This document shows positions 1-11,330 of a DNA stretch of 59,374 bases, piece by piece. Below the pieces are notes generated by a model. That model was given only the letters and a program-made list of their open reading frames with translations, was not told where the DNA came from and did not search any database. Within the stretch, counting starts at the first letter, position 1, and each line of letters opens with the position of its first letter. Source of the DNA: Chiloscyllium plagiosum (taxonomy: Eukaryota); contig NC_057749.1 in assembly GCF_004010195.1 (NCBI RefSeq), forward strand, positions 20,208,747 through 20,268,120. Reading direction: 5' to 3'. A program made the position numbers and the translations under genes.

Positions 1-346
1 CCCCACCTCACCCTAGTTCCAAACTTCCAGCTCAGCACTGTCCCCATGACTTGTCCGACCTGCCTATCTCCTTTTCCATCTATCCACTCCACCCTCTCCT
101 CCCTGACCTATCACCTTCATCCCCTCCCCCACTCACCCGTTGTACTCAATGCTACTTTCTCCCCACCCTCACCCTCCTCTAGTTGATCTCTCCATGCTCC
201 AGGCTCACTGCCTTTATTCCTGATGAAGGGCTTTTGCCCGAAACGTTGATTTCGCTGCTCCTTGGATGCTGCCTGAACTGCTGTACTCTTCCAGCACCAC
301 TAATCCCGAATCTGGTTTCCAGCATGTGCAGTCATTGTTTTTACCT
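1..346 (+). mobile_element. Penelope-like element 3' end (pLTR) with hammerhead core at 220-247
   Basis: C-rich pLTR sequence shared with the GIY-YIG-bearing copies at 8.6-8.8 kb and 51.8-52.0 kb; contains CTGATGAAGGGCTTTTGCCCGAAACGTT. Confidence 0.8.
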
Positions 347-1596
347 AGTTTAAGATGTGGGACTTGCCACCTTGTGGAGAAATTGAATTGAATAGCATAG
401 ACATTTTGAAAAGATAATTGTGTAAATACAAGAGAGATTGAAAAGAATCGGAGAATAGGCTAATGGAGTTTGATAGGCAAAGGCTTGTGTGGAGCATGCG
501 CATTTGAATGAACTGTTTGCACTGCATGGCTTCTTGGTCTTGTACCAGTGACAGAATTACTCCTTTGTTGTTCAATACCCAGCTCTGGAAACAAATGTAA
601 CTTGTGGCTGTTTTAATGTAAATACGGACTAAATTCTTGATATCCTCTACTGTGTATTCTCAACTGAAGTGTGGACTTTCCTAGATTTTTTTTTGACTTT
701 GGGTATTAAGACCACGTGGGAACCCATTTTGTTCAGAGACATATTCAAGGAAGCCCAAATTAGTATGTGAAACTTTCCTGTTGCTCAGGCTGCCTGTTGC
801 TGGGGATTGATTGCAACTGAAAGGTAACAGAAATAAGCAAAAGTATATTGACAGAAGTAGTGATAAAACTGAAAAGTATATTGACAAAGGCAAATGGGGA
901 AGAAATAGGTCATCTGAAAATTTGCATAATAGCCCATGTAGCTAAGGAGTAACAGCAAACTGCCTGAAGTTGCACAATGAATTTTTGTTTCTTCAGCTTT
1001 GGAAGGTTTTAGTTTTAATACTGTGAATCTGTTCCTGACCTTAGATGACAAAGCAGTTGATTTTAATAAGTGCCATGCCGAGTAGTATAGGCAGCTATAG
1101 CTTTTCAAAGCTTAGTCGTAGCAACAGATGCAGTTTTGGTTAAGCTGGTCTTTAATGTTGTCTCACTGCTTCTTTTGCTGTCACCCTCCTGTTCTTCTAT
1201 TTATTCTTCTGGTGGTGATCAGGTTCCAACCTTCTGCAATTCCAAAGAATTCCATTGGTCTTCTGATGCTATTCAAGTTCCCTTGTTCTTCTAGTCTCAT
1301 CCAATGCTGCTTTGCTGGTTACTCTGAGCAGGAAGTTAAATTTAGTTTTTTGAAGGAACCCACAAAAATCTTCCTCATACTTGCTGGCATGCATCTTCCT
1401 CCACCTGATTGTGCGCATGTTCATTTTTTCATCTCTGTCAATGCTACTTCATAATCAGACTGCAAACAGTTACTTTTTCAACCCCTTTCCTGTTTGTGGA
1501 ATGACACTTCTTTCCTTCACACCTCCATTAAGCAGAAGGAAAGAAAGCTAGTTGGGGCAAAACTGATCACACAAGCTTCCAGTAAGGGGAACAATC

Positions 1597-1790
1597 ATTT
1601 AGGCTCGTAGTTGTAGAGCTGTACAGCATGGTCCAATTTGTCCATAGAAAAAAAACTATCTTGGAATTGTACATAAACAACGCTTGAAAGGCATTTTTGA
1701 CAAATAGATGGAGAGGAAAGGTTTGGAAGGATATGGGCCAAGTGCAGGGAAATGGGGTTAGCATCGGATTTCTAGTCCGGCAGCATTTCC
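1597..1790. mobile_element. CR1 LINE 3'-end fragments in opposite orientations
   Basis: gagctgtacagcatgg (minus tail) followed by aggcatttttgacaaatagatggagaggaaaggtttggaaggatatgggcca (plus 3' end), as in other CR1 ends in the window. Confidence 0.6.
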
Positions 1791-1797
1791 AGTCCAT

Positions 1798-2012
1798 GGC
1801 AGCACGGTGGCTCAGTGGTTAGCACTGCTGCCCCTCAGCGTCAATGACCCGGGTTCGATTCTAGCATCGGGCGACTGTCTGTGTGGAGTTTGCACATTCA
1901 CCCGTGTCTGCGTGGATTTCCTCCAGGTGCTCCGGTTTCCTTCCACAGTCCAAAGATCTGCAGGTTAGGTGGATTGGCCATGCTGAATTGCCTGTAGTGT
2001 TAGGTGCATTAG
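1798..2012 (+). mobile_element. HE1-type V-SINE, 5' part (split by a CR1 insertion)
   Basis: tRNA-derived head: A box TGGCTCAGTGG, B box GGTTCGATT. V-domain ctgtgtggagtttgcacatt...ggtttcc...cacagtccaaaga. Confidence 0.85.
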
Positions 2013-4478
2013 AACATAGAACATAGAACAGTACAGCACAGAACAGGCCCTTCAGCCCATGATGTTGTGCCGATCATTGATCCTCATGTGAGGTAAACCT
2101 AATGTACGAACTCTCAAATTTCTGTGACCATATACATGTCCAGCAGTTTCTCAAATATCCCCAATGACCTCGCTTCCACAACTGCTGCTGGCAACGCATT
2201 CCATACTCTCTCAACTCTCTGCGTAAAGAATCCACCTCTGACATCCCCTCTATACTTTCTGCCAAACAGCTTAAAACTACGACCCCTCATGTTAACAATT
2301 TCTTCCCTGGGAAAAAGTTTCTGGCTATCAACTCTATCCATGCCTCTCATTATCAATTAGGTCCCCTCTTTTCCTTTTTTCCAATGAAAAAAGTCCGTGC
2401 TCAGTCAACCTCACTTCGTAAGATAAGCCCTCCATTCCAGGCAGCATCCTGGTAAACCTCGTCTGAACCTTCTCCAAAGCATCCACATCTTTCCTATAAT
2501 AGGGCGACCAGAACTGGACACAGTATTCCAAGTGCGGTCTAACCAAAGTTTTATAGAGCTGCAACAAGATCTCATGGCTCTTAAACTCAATCCCCCTGTT
2601 AATGAAAGCCAAAACACCGTATGCTTTCTTAATAACCTTGTCTTGGTGGCAATTTTAAGGGATCTATGTACCTGCACACCAAGATCCCGCTGTTCCTCCA
2701 CACTGCCAAGAATCCTGTCTTTAATCCTGTACTCAACTTTCAAGTTCGACCTTCCAAAATGCATCACTTCACGTTTATCCAGGTTGAACTCCATCTGCCA
2801 CCTCTCCATTGCCATCCTGTCAATGTCCCGCTGCAGCCTACAACAGCCCTCTATACTGTCAACGACACCTCCAACCTTTGTGTCATCTGCAAACTTGCTA
2901 ACCCATCCTTCAATCTCCTCATCCAAGTCATTAATAAAAATTACAAAGAGTAGAGGCCCAAGAACAGAGTCCTGTGGAACACGACTCACCACTGACTTCC
3001 AGGCAGAATATTTTCCTTCCACTTACCACTCGCTGTCTTCCGTCGACTGTATCCCATTCCTCCTGACCTTCGAAACGAGCCTACCATGGGGAACCTTATC
3101 AAATGCCTTACTGAAGTCCATATACACAACATCCACCGCTCGACCCTCATCAACTTGTCTCGTAACATCCTCAAAGAACTCGATAAGATTTGTGAGGCGT
3201 GACCTGCCCCTCACAAAGGTGTGCTGACTGCCTTTAATCAAGCCATGCTCTTCCAGATGGTCATAAATCCTATCCCTCAGAATCCTTTCTAACACCTTGT
3301 CGACGACAGACGTGAGACTGACTGGTCTGTAATTGCCGGGGATTTCCCTATTTCTTTTCTTGAAGAGAGGCATTACATTTGCCTCCCTCCAGTCCTCAGG
3401 TACGACTCCGGTGGAGAGCAAGGATGCAAAGATCTTCGCAATTGGCGAAGCAATCACATTTCTCGCTTCCCAAAGCAGCCGAGGACAAATCTGGTCTGGC
3501 CCTGGTGACTTGTCAATCTCAATGTTTGTCAAAATTTTCAACACATCATCTTCCTCAATCTCTATCTGTTCCAGCGTGCTTACCTGCTCCTCAATGGTTT
3601 CATTCACTACAAGGTCCTTAATTCACTACAAAGTTCATTTCTCTCGTAAAGACAGAAGCAAAAAACTCATTTAGGGCTTCCCCTACCTCCTCAGACTCTA
3701 TACACAAGTTCCCTATGTAATCCCTGATCGGTCCTACTCTTTCTTTGATCATTCTCTTATTCCTCACATAAGTGTAAAATGCCTTTGGATTCTCCCTAAT
3801 CCTTCCTGCCAAGCCTTTTTCGTGCCCCCTCCTGGCTCTCCTCAGACCATTTTTGAGCTCCTTCCTCGCCTGCCAGTAATCCTCTAGAGCTGAGCAAGAC
3901 CCTTGCTTCCTACACCTTACGTAAGCTGCCTCCTTTCTTTTGACGAGAAGCTCCTTCGCTCTCGTCATCCAAGGTTCCTTTATCTTACCCCTTCTTGCCT
4001 GTCTCAGAGGAACACATTTGTGCATCACTCGCAACAACTGTTCCTTAAACAGTCTTCACATGTATATAGTGCCCTTTCCACGGAACAATTGCTCCCATCC
4101 ATGCTTCCCAACGCACGTCTGATAGTATCATAGTTTCCTTTTCCCCAATTCTTTCCTTCTCCATAGCTATGTAGAATGTGAGGCAGTTGTGGTCACTATC
4201 ACCAAAATGCTTTCCCACCGCAAGATCTGACACCTGCCCCGGCTCATTGCCAATTACCAAATCCAAAATGGCCTCTCCCCTCGTCAGCCTGTCAACGTAC
4301 TGAGTTAGGAAACCCTCCTGAACACACCTTACAAAAACAACTCCTTCCAAACCATCTGCTCGAAGGAGGTTCCAATCAGTATTGGGAAAGTTAAAGTCGC
4401 CCATTACAACAACCCTACTACATTCACACTTTTCCAAAATCTGCCGACCTATGCTTTCTTCAATCTCCCTCCTGCTAT
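2013..4478 (-). mobile_element. CR1 LINE, 5'-truncated ORF2 (APE endonuclease C-terminal part plus reverse transcriptase), decayed
   Basis: Minus ORFs carry VVMGDFNFP and SDHN (APE), KSPGPD, NYRPVSLTS, DFSKAFDKVPH, VPQDSVLGP and KFADDTK (RT). Short (catagaa)n tail at the left end. Has frameshifts and internal deletions. Confidence 0.95.
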
Positions 4479-4598
4479 AGTCAGGGGTAAATATAGGGTA
4501 TTGGAATGGTTCTGGGTGGGTTACTCTTCAGAGGATTGGTGTGGACCTGGTGGGCTGAATAACCTGTTTCCATACTGTCGGGAATCTAATCTCTAATC
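4479..4598 (+). mobile_element. HE1-type SINE, 3' part (continuation of 1798-2012)
   Basis: gtcaggggtaaatataggg...ctgggtgggttactcttc...cctgtttcca...ctaatc tail; in intact copies (e.g. 5436, 21917) this follows taggtgcattag directly. Confidence 0.8.
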
Positions 4599-4734
4599 AA
4601 TAACCCAGCCTGCATGGCTCTCTGGGGGTAAATTCCAAATGATTTGCAACCATCTGAAAGAAGAAATTCTTCAGCTACTTCTACATAGTTGGTCCTTTTT
4701 CTGAAGCCATGTTCTTTTCAGGTCACAACTTAAT

Positions 4735-5075
4735 CATCATATCATACAGCATGGAAACAGACCCTTTGGTCTAAACAGTTCCTGCTGAACATAATCCCAA
4801 ACTAAACTAGTCCTACATGCCTGCTCCTGTCCCTCCAAACTTTCCTATTCTTGTATCTATCCAAATGTCTTTTAAACGTTGTAATTGTACCCACATCCAC
4901 TACTCTCCCTCAGCAAATTCATTCCACTGGCGAACCACCTTCTGTGTGTAAAAAAAAAAAAAAAAATTGCCTCAGTCTTTTTTAAATCTCTCTCATCTTT
5001 AGTGTAGAAACACCCCATCCTTAGGAAAGGACAACTATTAACTGTGTGTATACCTTTCATTATTTTATAAACTGG
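4735..5075 (-). mobile_element. CR1 LINE 3' end
   Basis: catacagcatggaaacagaccc tail; minus ORF remnant YKIMKGI...; similar to 25300-25845. Confidence 0.8.
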
Positions 5076-5435
5076 ACTTGAACTCTCTCCCTGCTGCTGA
5101 TTTTGAGGCAAGGAAACCATGGCTATTGCTTGATATCTCTGCTTTGCTCACTGTGCCAAAGGCTGCCAAGGAATGCTATCATCTTAAACTCATGGCCTGT
5201 GTATGATCATAGTGGAAACGAGGCTTACTCATTGGTAACCTGAGAATCAGTGTCATAAGCAAAGGGTTGCATTTGATGGTAGTTTGGCTAACCACAGTAA
5301 GTGGGCTGACAAATGGGAATCGCTCTAGTTTCTTGTGTCTGACTACACAAAATCTGCATCCTGTTAACAGAGTACGGGTTACAGCAATGAGTATGCTACT
5401 GAAAGTATATCACAGTGGATTGATGATAAGAATTG

Positions 5436-5782
5436 CCAGCCCAGTGGCTCAGTGGTTAGCACTGTTCCCTCACAGCGCCAGGGATCATGATTTGGTTCCA
5501 GCCTCTGGCGACTGTCTGTGTGGAGTTTGCACATTCTCCCCCTGTCTGCGTGGGTTTCCTCTGGGTGCTCCGGTTTTCTTCAACAGTGCAAACATGTGCA
5601 GGTTAGGTGGATTGGCCATGGGAATTGTCCATAGTGTTCAAGGATGTGTAGGTTAGGTGCATTAGTCATAGGAAGTATAAAGTAATAGAGTAGGGCAGTG
5701 GGTCTGGGTGGGATACTCTTCAGAGGTTCGGTGTGGATGTGTTGGGCCAAATGGCCTGTTTCCACACTGTAGGGAATCTATG
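5436..5782 (+). mobile_element. HE1-type V-SINE
   Basis: A/B boxes, V-domain and CR1-like 3' tail. Confidence 0.85.
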
Positions 5783-8163
5783 CTGAGTTTGTTACCTGCT
5801 GCTGAGATGATGGGTCAGGGTGTCTCAGCGGTTTTACATTATTGAGGGCTTGTGGTACTGAATTTCTGCAGATGCTTTCTGTGGTGGGTCCATGGAGTGG
5901 AAACCTGGGATGTTCTGTGGTGGATCCTAGGATAGGATTCAGGATTGCTGTTGACTAGTTTGTGAATATCAATATCATTTTATATTCCACAATCTTCCTC
6001 AATTAGTTTGCTGAGTCAATGTGCACTTCTCCAGTGTTAACCTAATTTGAAGTGCTTGAATTTAATTGTTGTTGCACGACTTTATCTTAACTGTCCACGT
6101 TGGATATTTCATGACTGCCTTCACATTATATAAAGCAACAAATACATCATTTGGATTTTCAAGGCAGCTTGGTGCCTTTCAGGATTCAAATGACAAATAA
6201 ACTGCTCGAGATTTATGTTCCCACACTGTAATTTGGTATTATCCTCACTCCTTGATGTGTTAGTAAGCTCAGATTTTTATAGCATCTTGACATTTGAAAG
6301 TACTTCGGAACTTAAAATACATATTAGAAGTGTTGCATGATGGGTGCGGATTTGTGCACAGCAATGTCCCACAAGAAACAGATGGACAAATGACCAATTA
6401 ACTTGGGTTATGGAAATAATTTTGGTTGAAGCGTTCAGACTTGCTCTGGTGCTAAGCTTTTAATTGTCCACGTGAACATTTGGATTTGACCTTGTGGTGG
6501 GCTGAATGGTGTCTGCTTTTCTGTAAAGTTTACAAGTCTATAGTTGAAATTTTCAGCTGAAAGCTAACAAAATTGACAACGTAGTCCTATAGCATTGATC
6601 CTTGAGATTTGCTTTTCTGCTGCTTCTCTGAAACCATGGGACATGAAACCAAGACTTCTTGACTCAGAAGTCGCAATGATATTCCAAGGATCAAATTGGT
6701 GTATGTAGACTTGGTGGGGAGACACTGCAAGACCCTGGAGGGAATTGAACATAAGAATGCATATTTTACAATTGAGGTGCCAGTGTGCATATCCGAAAGT
6801 GTGTTATGAAAGGGGCAGCAGAAGTTTAGGTGAATTCTTGTTTACGCAGGAGAGTGCTGTCCCATCCCGCACGCCATCTCTCCCACTCCCCCCACCCCCC
6901 ACCAAAAAAAAAGCAAAATGTTTAGAGACAGAGTATAGTTTTATCTCCTTCATCTTTAATCCGAGCCCTGGAGGGAGAGAGAACACAGAGACATGAGTTC
7001 ACAGTCTTCTCTGGAAGAGCAGTTTCTTAATGAATTATATAGCCATTTTACAGGGAGGAGTATCCAGATAAGGAATATACGTAGTGATTGGGTGACCGTT
7101 ACAATCAGCAAGGGTTAATAGCAAAGATTAAACCATCTGGTGTTACACAATGAATGTTCGTAACCTTAACTGGCTTCACATCATGAATACTTTTCACCTT
7201 ATTAACTGACCTCACATACCGAATGCTTCCAATATTGTTAAATGGCTCTACATAATGAATGCTTTTCCACCATGTTAACCCATTACCCTTGCCTCCAGCA
7301 CCCAATTGTTAACTCTAAATTCTTATCTGATCTGAGTCATGCTCAGCTGATCCTCTTGTTTCACAAAACTCAAAACTTAACTCTTTCCCTACTTGCTCAT
7401 ACCCTTTACACGTTCTCGAGCACTAGGAACTCTCAGGTTTTGGAAGAAAGAGACACATGAAGATTTCAGCAACAGATGGGCTGAGGTTGTGCAGAAGCAA
7501 GTAGTTTCACTGAGAGAGAAGGTGAGAGGTTGGAAGCTTGCCTCGTCATGTAGGATGCTATAGTTGCAAGCAGTGAGATTCTGTCATTCCTATGAAGGTG
7601 CTGAAGCCTCTAAGTATGGAATTGACTTTGGGCAGGAACAAATGGCTTTAGTCTTCCCAATGTTAATTTTAACACATTCTTTAAGATGTTATCTCTTTCT
7701 GAATGTGTAATAAATCTGCTTGCAAATTTCGTACTAAACTGTTGGCTGTATATAGTGACATTGCTATCCCTAATCAACATTGAGTTTCGCTCCTTAACCA
7801 GTTAACCTGCCTGACAACAGACTGCTGTAAATCATTGGATTGATGTTATGTGGAGAATCTTCATTTTGTAACCAACCTCTCCTTGCTGCATGCTTTTTAT
7901 TGGGGGACATAATTACTCTGGATTGGTTCTTAGTGCTGTTTACTGTAGTTTGTTGAAGAGATTTTTTAGAGGTGCTGTTTATAATAGTATTTATTTGTTG
8001 TAAAAGTGTTTCATTTCGAAATTTCAATCCTCCTGATGATTAACATTGGCTTATTGCATATTCTACAGCTAAAAGGGTACTAGAAAACAATATCATTGAA
8101 TGTCAGGCAGATGTAATGTTTCTGTTGTAAGCTTCTACTAAGCCAAGGTACTGAAATTCTGAG

Positions 8164-8833
8164 CGGCAAAAGCGAGAACTGTAGATGCTCGAAATCAGAG
8201 TCTAGATTAGAAACGGTCTTTGCGGAACGCGGAAAGGGATGGGGAGGGAAATATACCTCTGGTGGTGGGGTCCGTTTGGAGGTGGTGGAAATATTGGCGG
8301 ATGATGCGCTTTCTGCAAAGACCGTTCCGTCCGTGACTATCTGGTCAGGTCCACACCCCCCAACAACCCACCCTTCGCTCCTGGCACCTTCCCCTGCAAT
8401 CGCAGGAATTGCAAAACCTGCGCCCACACCACCTCCCTCACCTCCATCCAAGGCCTCAAAGGAGCCTTCCACATCCGTCAGAGTTTCACCTGCACGTCCA
8501 CCAATGTCATTTATTGTATCCGTTGCTCCCAATGCAGTCTCCTCTGCATTGCGGAGACTGGATGTCTTCTCGCAGAGCGCTTTAGGGAACATCTCCGGGA
8601 CACCTGCACCAATCAACCCCACCACCCCATGGCCCAACATTCATCCCCACCTCCATCCACCTATTGTACTCTTGGCAACCTTCTCCCTAGCCCCACCCCC
8701 CTTCCATTTATCTCTCCACCCCGGAGGTTCCCTGCCTTCATTCCTGATGAAGGGCTTTTGCCCGAAACGTCGATTTTCCTGCTCCTCGGATGCTGCCTGA
8801 ATTGCTGTGCTTTTTCAGCACCACTCTAATCTC
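8164..8833 (+). mobile_element. Penelope-like element fragment (Cys-rich linker, GIY-YIG region, pLTR) with inverted 5' segments
   Basis: Encodes PCNRRNCKTCAH and VIYCIRCSQCSLLCIAETG. Hammerhead core at 8744-8771. TSD tactgaaat(t/c)ctgag at 8149-8163 and 8834-8848. Confidence 0.9.
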
Positions 8834-9869
8834 TACTGAAATCCTGAGTTAGCAAGTGCCCAGGAAGTTTTCGTTCAAGTATTCCTGGTCCAGCAACTGA
8901 ATTATATGTGTTTGGTCTAGTCTGTTGAAATGTGCAAATGGATGTCAGGTCATTGTAATTTTGTGCCCATCTTGCTATTAAAGTATAAAAGCAATTTGAA
9001 ACTAGAGTATAGACCGAACCTGATATCAGAATGGGACTAATTATAATAATGTGTCATTGGGGTTAACAGTTATTACCCAGTACACGTTTTAAAGTTGTGG
9101 ACCCAAAGAAACAGCTGCTGGTTACTAACCCTGGAGTACAAATGTTTCTTGAAATGGTTTTCTCGCATTGGATTCAATGACCATTAGAAGCTTAGGTTTG
9201 GGTAGCGTGAACTAGTCTTGAAGGTCTGTGTTTGACATGGTTGGTATAACACTTTTGTGAGTGCAGCACTATTTGAGTTCAAATGTTGCTGTCTACACCA
9301 AATTGAAGTGAGATTCTGATTCTATAAATACAAGACATGAATTTTAATAGACTAACTGTGACAGCTTGACAAATGTTAAATTGTATTGTAGCTGACAGCC
9401 CCCTCATGGACTATATTATCATGTATCAGTGCACCTTTGTTCATGCAAACTAGAGTGTGTATCACAAACACTTTGTATCTGCCCTGCTGCTCCAGTTGAC
9501 AGGTTCCTCATGGTGATTCATGGCCACAGGCAAATCACAGTGATAGTTGTGGGTAGTGTGGGTGTTCGTAGCCAAGGGTGGACTGTGCATTAAAGTAGAG
9601 AACTTATGACTTGGAGGTAGGGATGGAACAGAGGTATCCCTCACAACTTGAATTTTCGATTGCCAAGTGGAAGAATAGCAAATTGCTGAAGGTGGAAGGC
9701 TGAGTTAGACAACCTCTTAGTTGTCTTTACACATCAAACTCTGGGGTAGTGTGCTCTATCCTGGAATCACTCAGCTTCCCAAGAGAAACTTTTCTCCTTT
9801 TCGATTTGTGAACTGCATTCAGAGAGTTTTGACATTTGCTTATTAGCACAGTTGCTATAGAAATTTTAG

Positions 9870-10250
9870 GATGTTTGAGAGTAATTTGTAGTTTTGTTAG
9901 TGTTCTGATGTTTATGCTGCTTCATGTGCATGGTTTCTTGTGTTTGCCAAGTGGAGGTCAGTAGGCAGCTGTTGTAGGAGACGGTGTGTTTGATACATAC
10001 CGACCACTCTCCAACACTTTCTGTTGTTGGGTTCTTAAGTGTCATCGGCCAAACCTCTAAAGAATGCCATCTGCTTGGGAGACACAGGATGGTGCACAGA
10101 ATGTGGGTATCCAGATTAGGAGAGGGATGTTTACTTTGTTTCTTCTGAACAGGGAAGAAGTCTTTAAAAAGGGGAATATTTGTGGGAGCCAGGTCCTGTA
10201 CTATTGTAACTTGCAGTCTATGAGAGGTGTCCAATTGGGGAAAACCTATT
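9870..10250 (-). mobile_element. Possible Tx1/L1-clade LINE remnant
   Basis: One minus frame reads WTPLIDCKLQ*YRTWLPQIF...SLFRRNKVNIPLLIW, loosely like the post-RT W..L...L..W...LS..GR motif. Heavily decayed. Confidence 0.3.
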
Positions 10251-11149
10251 GGATTCCAATTATCCAGTTCTGACTACAGTGCTTCCCAAACTGTTTCCTA
10301 CTATGGCCCCCATTTTGAAGGTAGAAACTTCTCATGACCCCAGAGTGTGGGCGTATGTGTATGTGTTTGCAGAGCTGTAAGAATGGAGATGTTAGAGCTG
10401 GAGGAGCAGACTTGTAAGTGTTGGGGAACGAGAAGCTATACTTTTCATTTACTGTTTTACCTGCTGTTGAAGGCAGCATTTGGGGTGTAGAGATGTTGGA
10501 AGGATTGTCCCATCTGAGTTTTCACTCAGTCCCCACTGCTGTTACAAAGGAGAAAGGGCTTGTGACTCACAGTTTGAGAGTCCCTGTTCTATTGGCGAAC
10601 TAACAATAACTTTGAAAAGGAAGTTAGAAAGATGCTTGAAGTGAAAAGGTTTGCAGGGTAATGGGTTAAAAGTTAACAAGAGTGGAATCAATTGGATAGC
10701 TCTGCGAAAGAGCTGGAATGAGCCAAATGGTCACTGCCTGCTTGTAGATTTCTAATACATAAGGTTACATGATTTGGTAGCTCTAGATGCTTCTAAAGTG
10801 GCTGATGAGGAATTTTCTAATCTCCGGTCATAGTGAAATGGACGATGGAGGAAGAGGGGTGAAGGACAGGATATTAAGGTTCTAATGCTTCCTAACCAGG
10901 ATAGGAATTAAAATAGCTGGTCAGGTCCTCCCCAAGCTGCAATTGTAGAGAACTAGCTCTGTTTTATACTCCCTCGAGAAATTAATGTGATGATTAAATC
11001 ATGTCTGTACTGAAGGCTAATTATGTTAATTAGAAAACTGAGAAAATAGATATTATGGGCATTCAGCTTTTTGGGGTGGAGCTCTATAAGTCATGGTCTG
11101 TGCAGCATCAACAGCCCTTTGGTACTACTTGAGTAGAGCACATTATCTT

Positions 11150-11330
11150 GGCTGGCATTTGACTTGATATACGGAAGGATCACTGTAGTATGGGAGGTGT
11201 CATTTGTAAAACTACTTGTTAACCCAGGGCCTCCTCTGACTGCTCATGTGCACTTGAAAGGAAATTAATTGGCCACGAAGTGTTTGAGATCTCCTGAGGA
11301 TGTGGTAGGCGCTATACAAATGCTTTTTCT
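11150..11330 (+). mobile_element. SacSINE1/DeuSINE-like fragment
   Basis: cactgtagtatgggaggtgtc...ttaacccagggcc...tcctgaggatgtggtaggcgctatacaaatgc resembles the fuller copies at 15.5 kb and 48 kb. Confidence 0.5.

Noticed and set aside
1798..1870. tRNA genes at SINE heads
   Set aside because: A/B boxes run directly into the V-SINE body; these are tRNA-derived SINE heads, not tRNAs.
2532..3227. Longest ORF in the window (231 aa, +), and similar ORFs such as 8080-8640, 8276-8800 and 51212-51799
   Set aside because: Antisense or off-frame shadows of CR1/PLE coding sequence.
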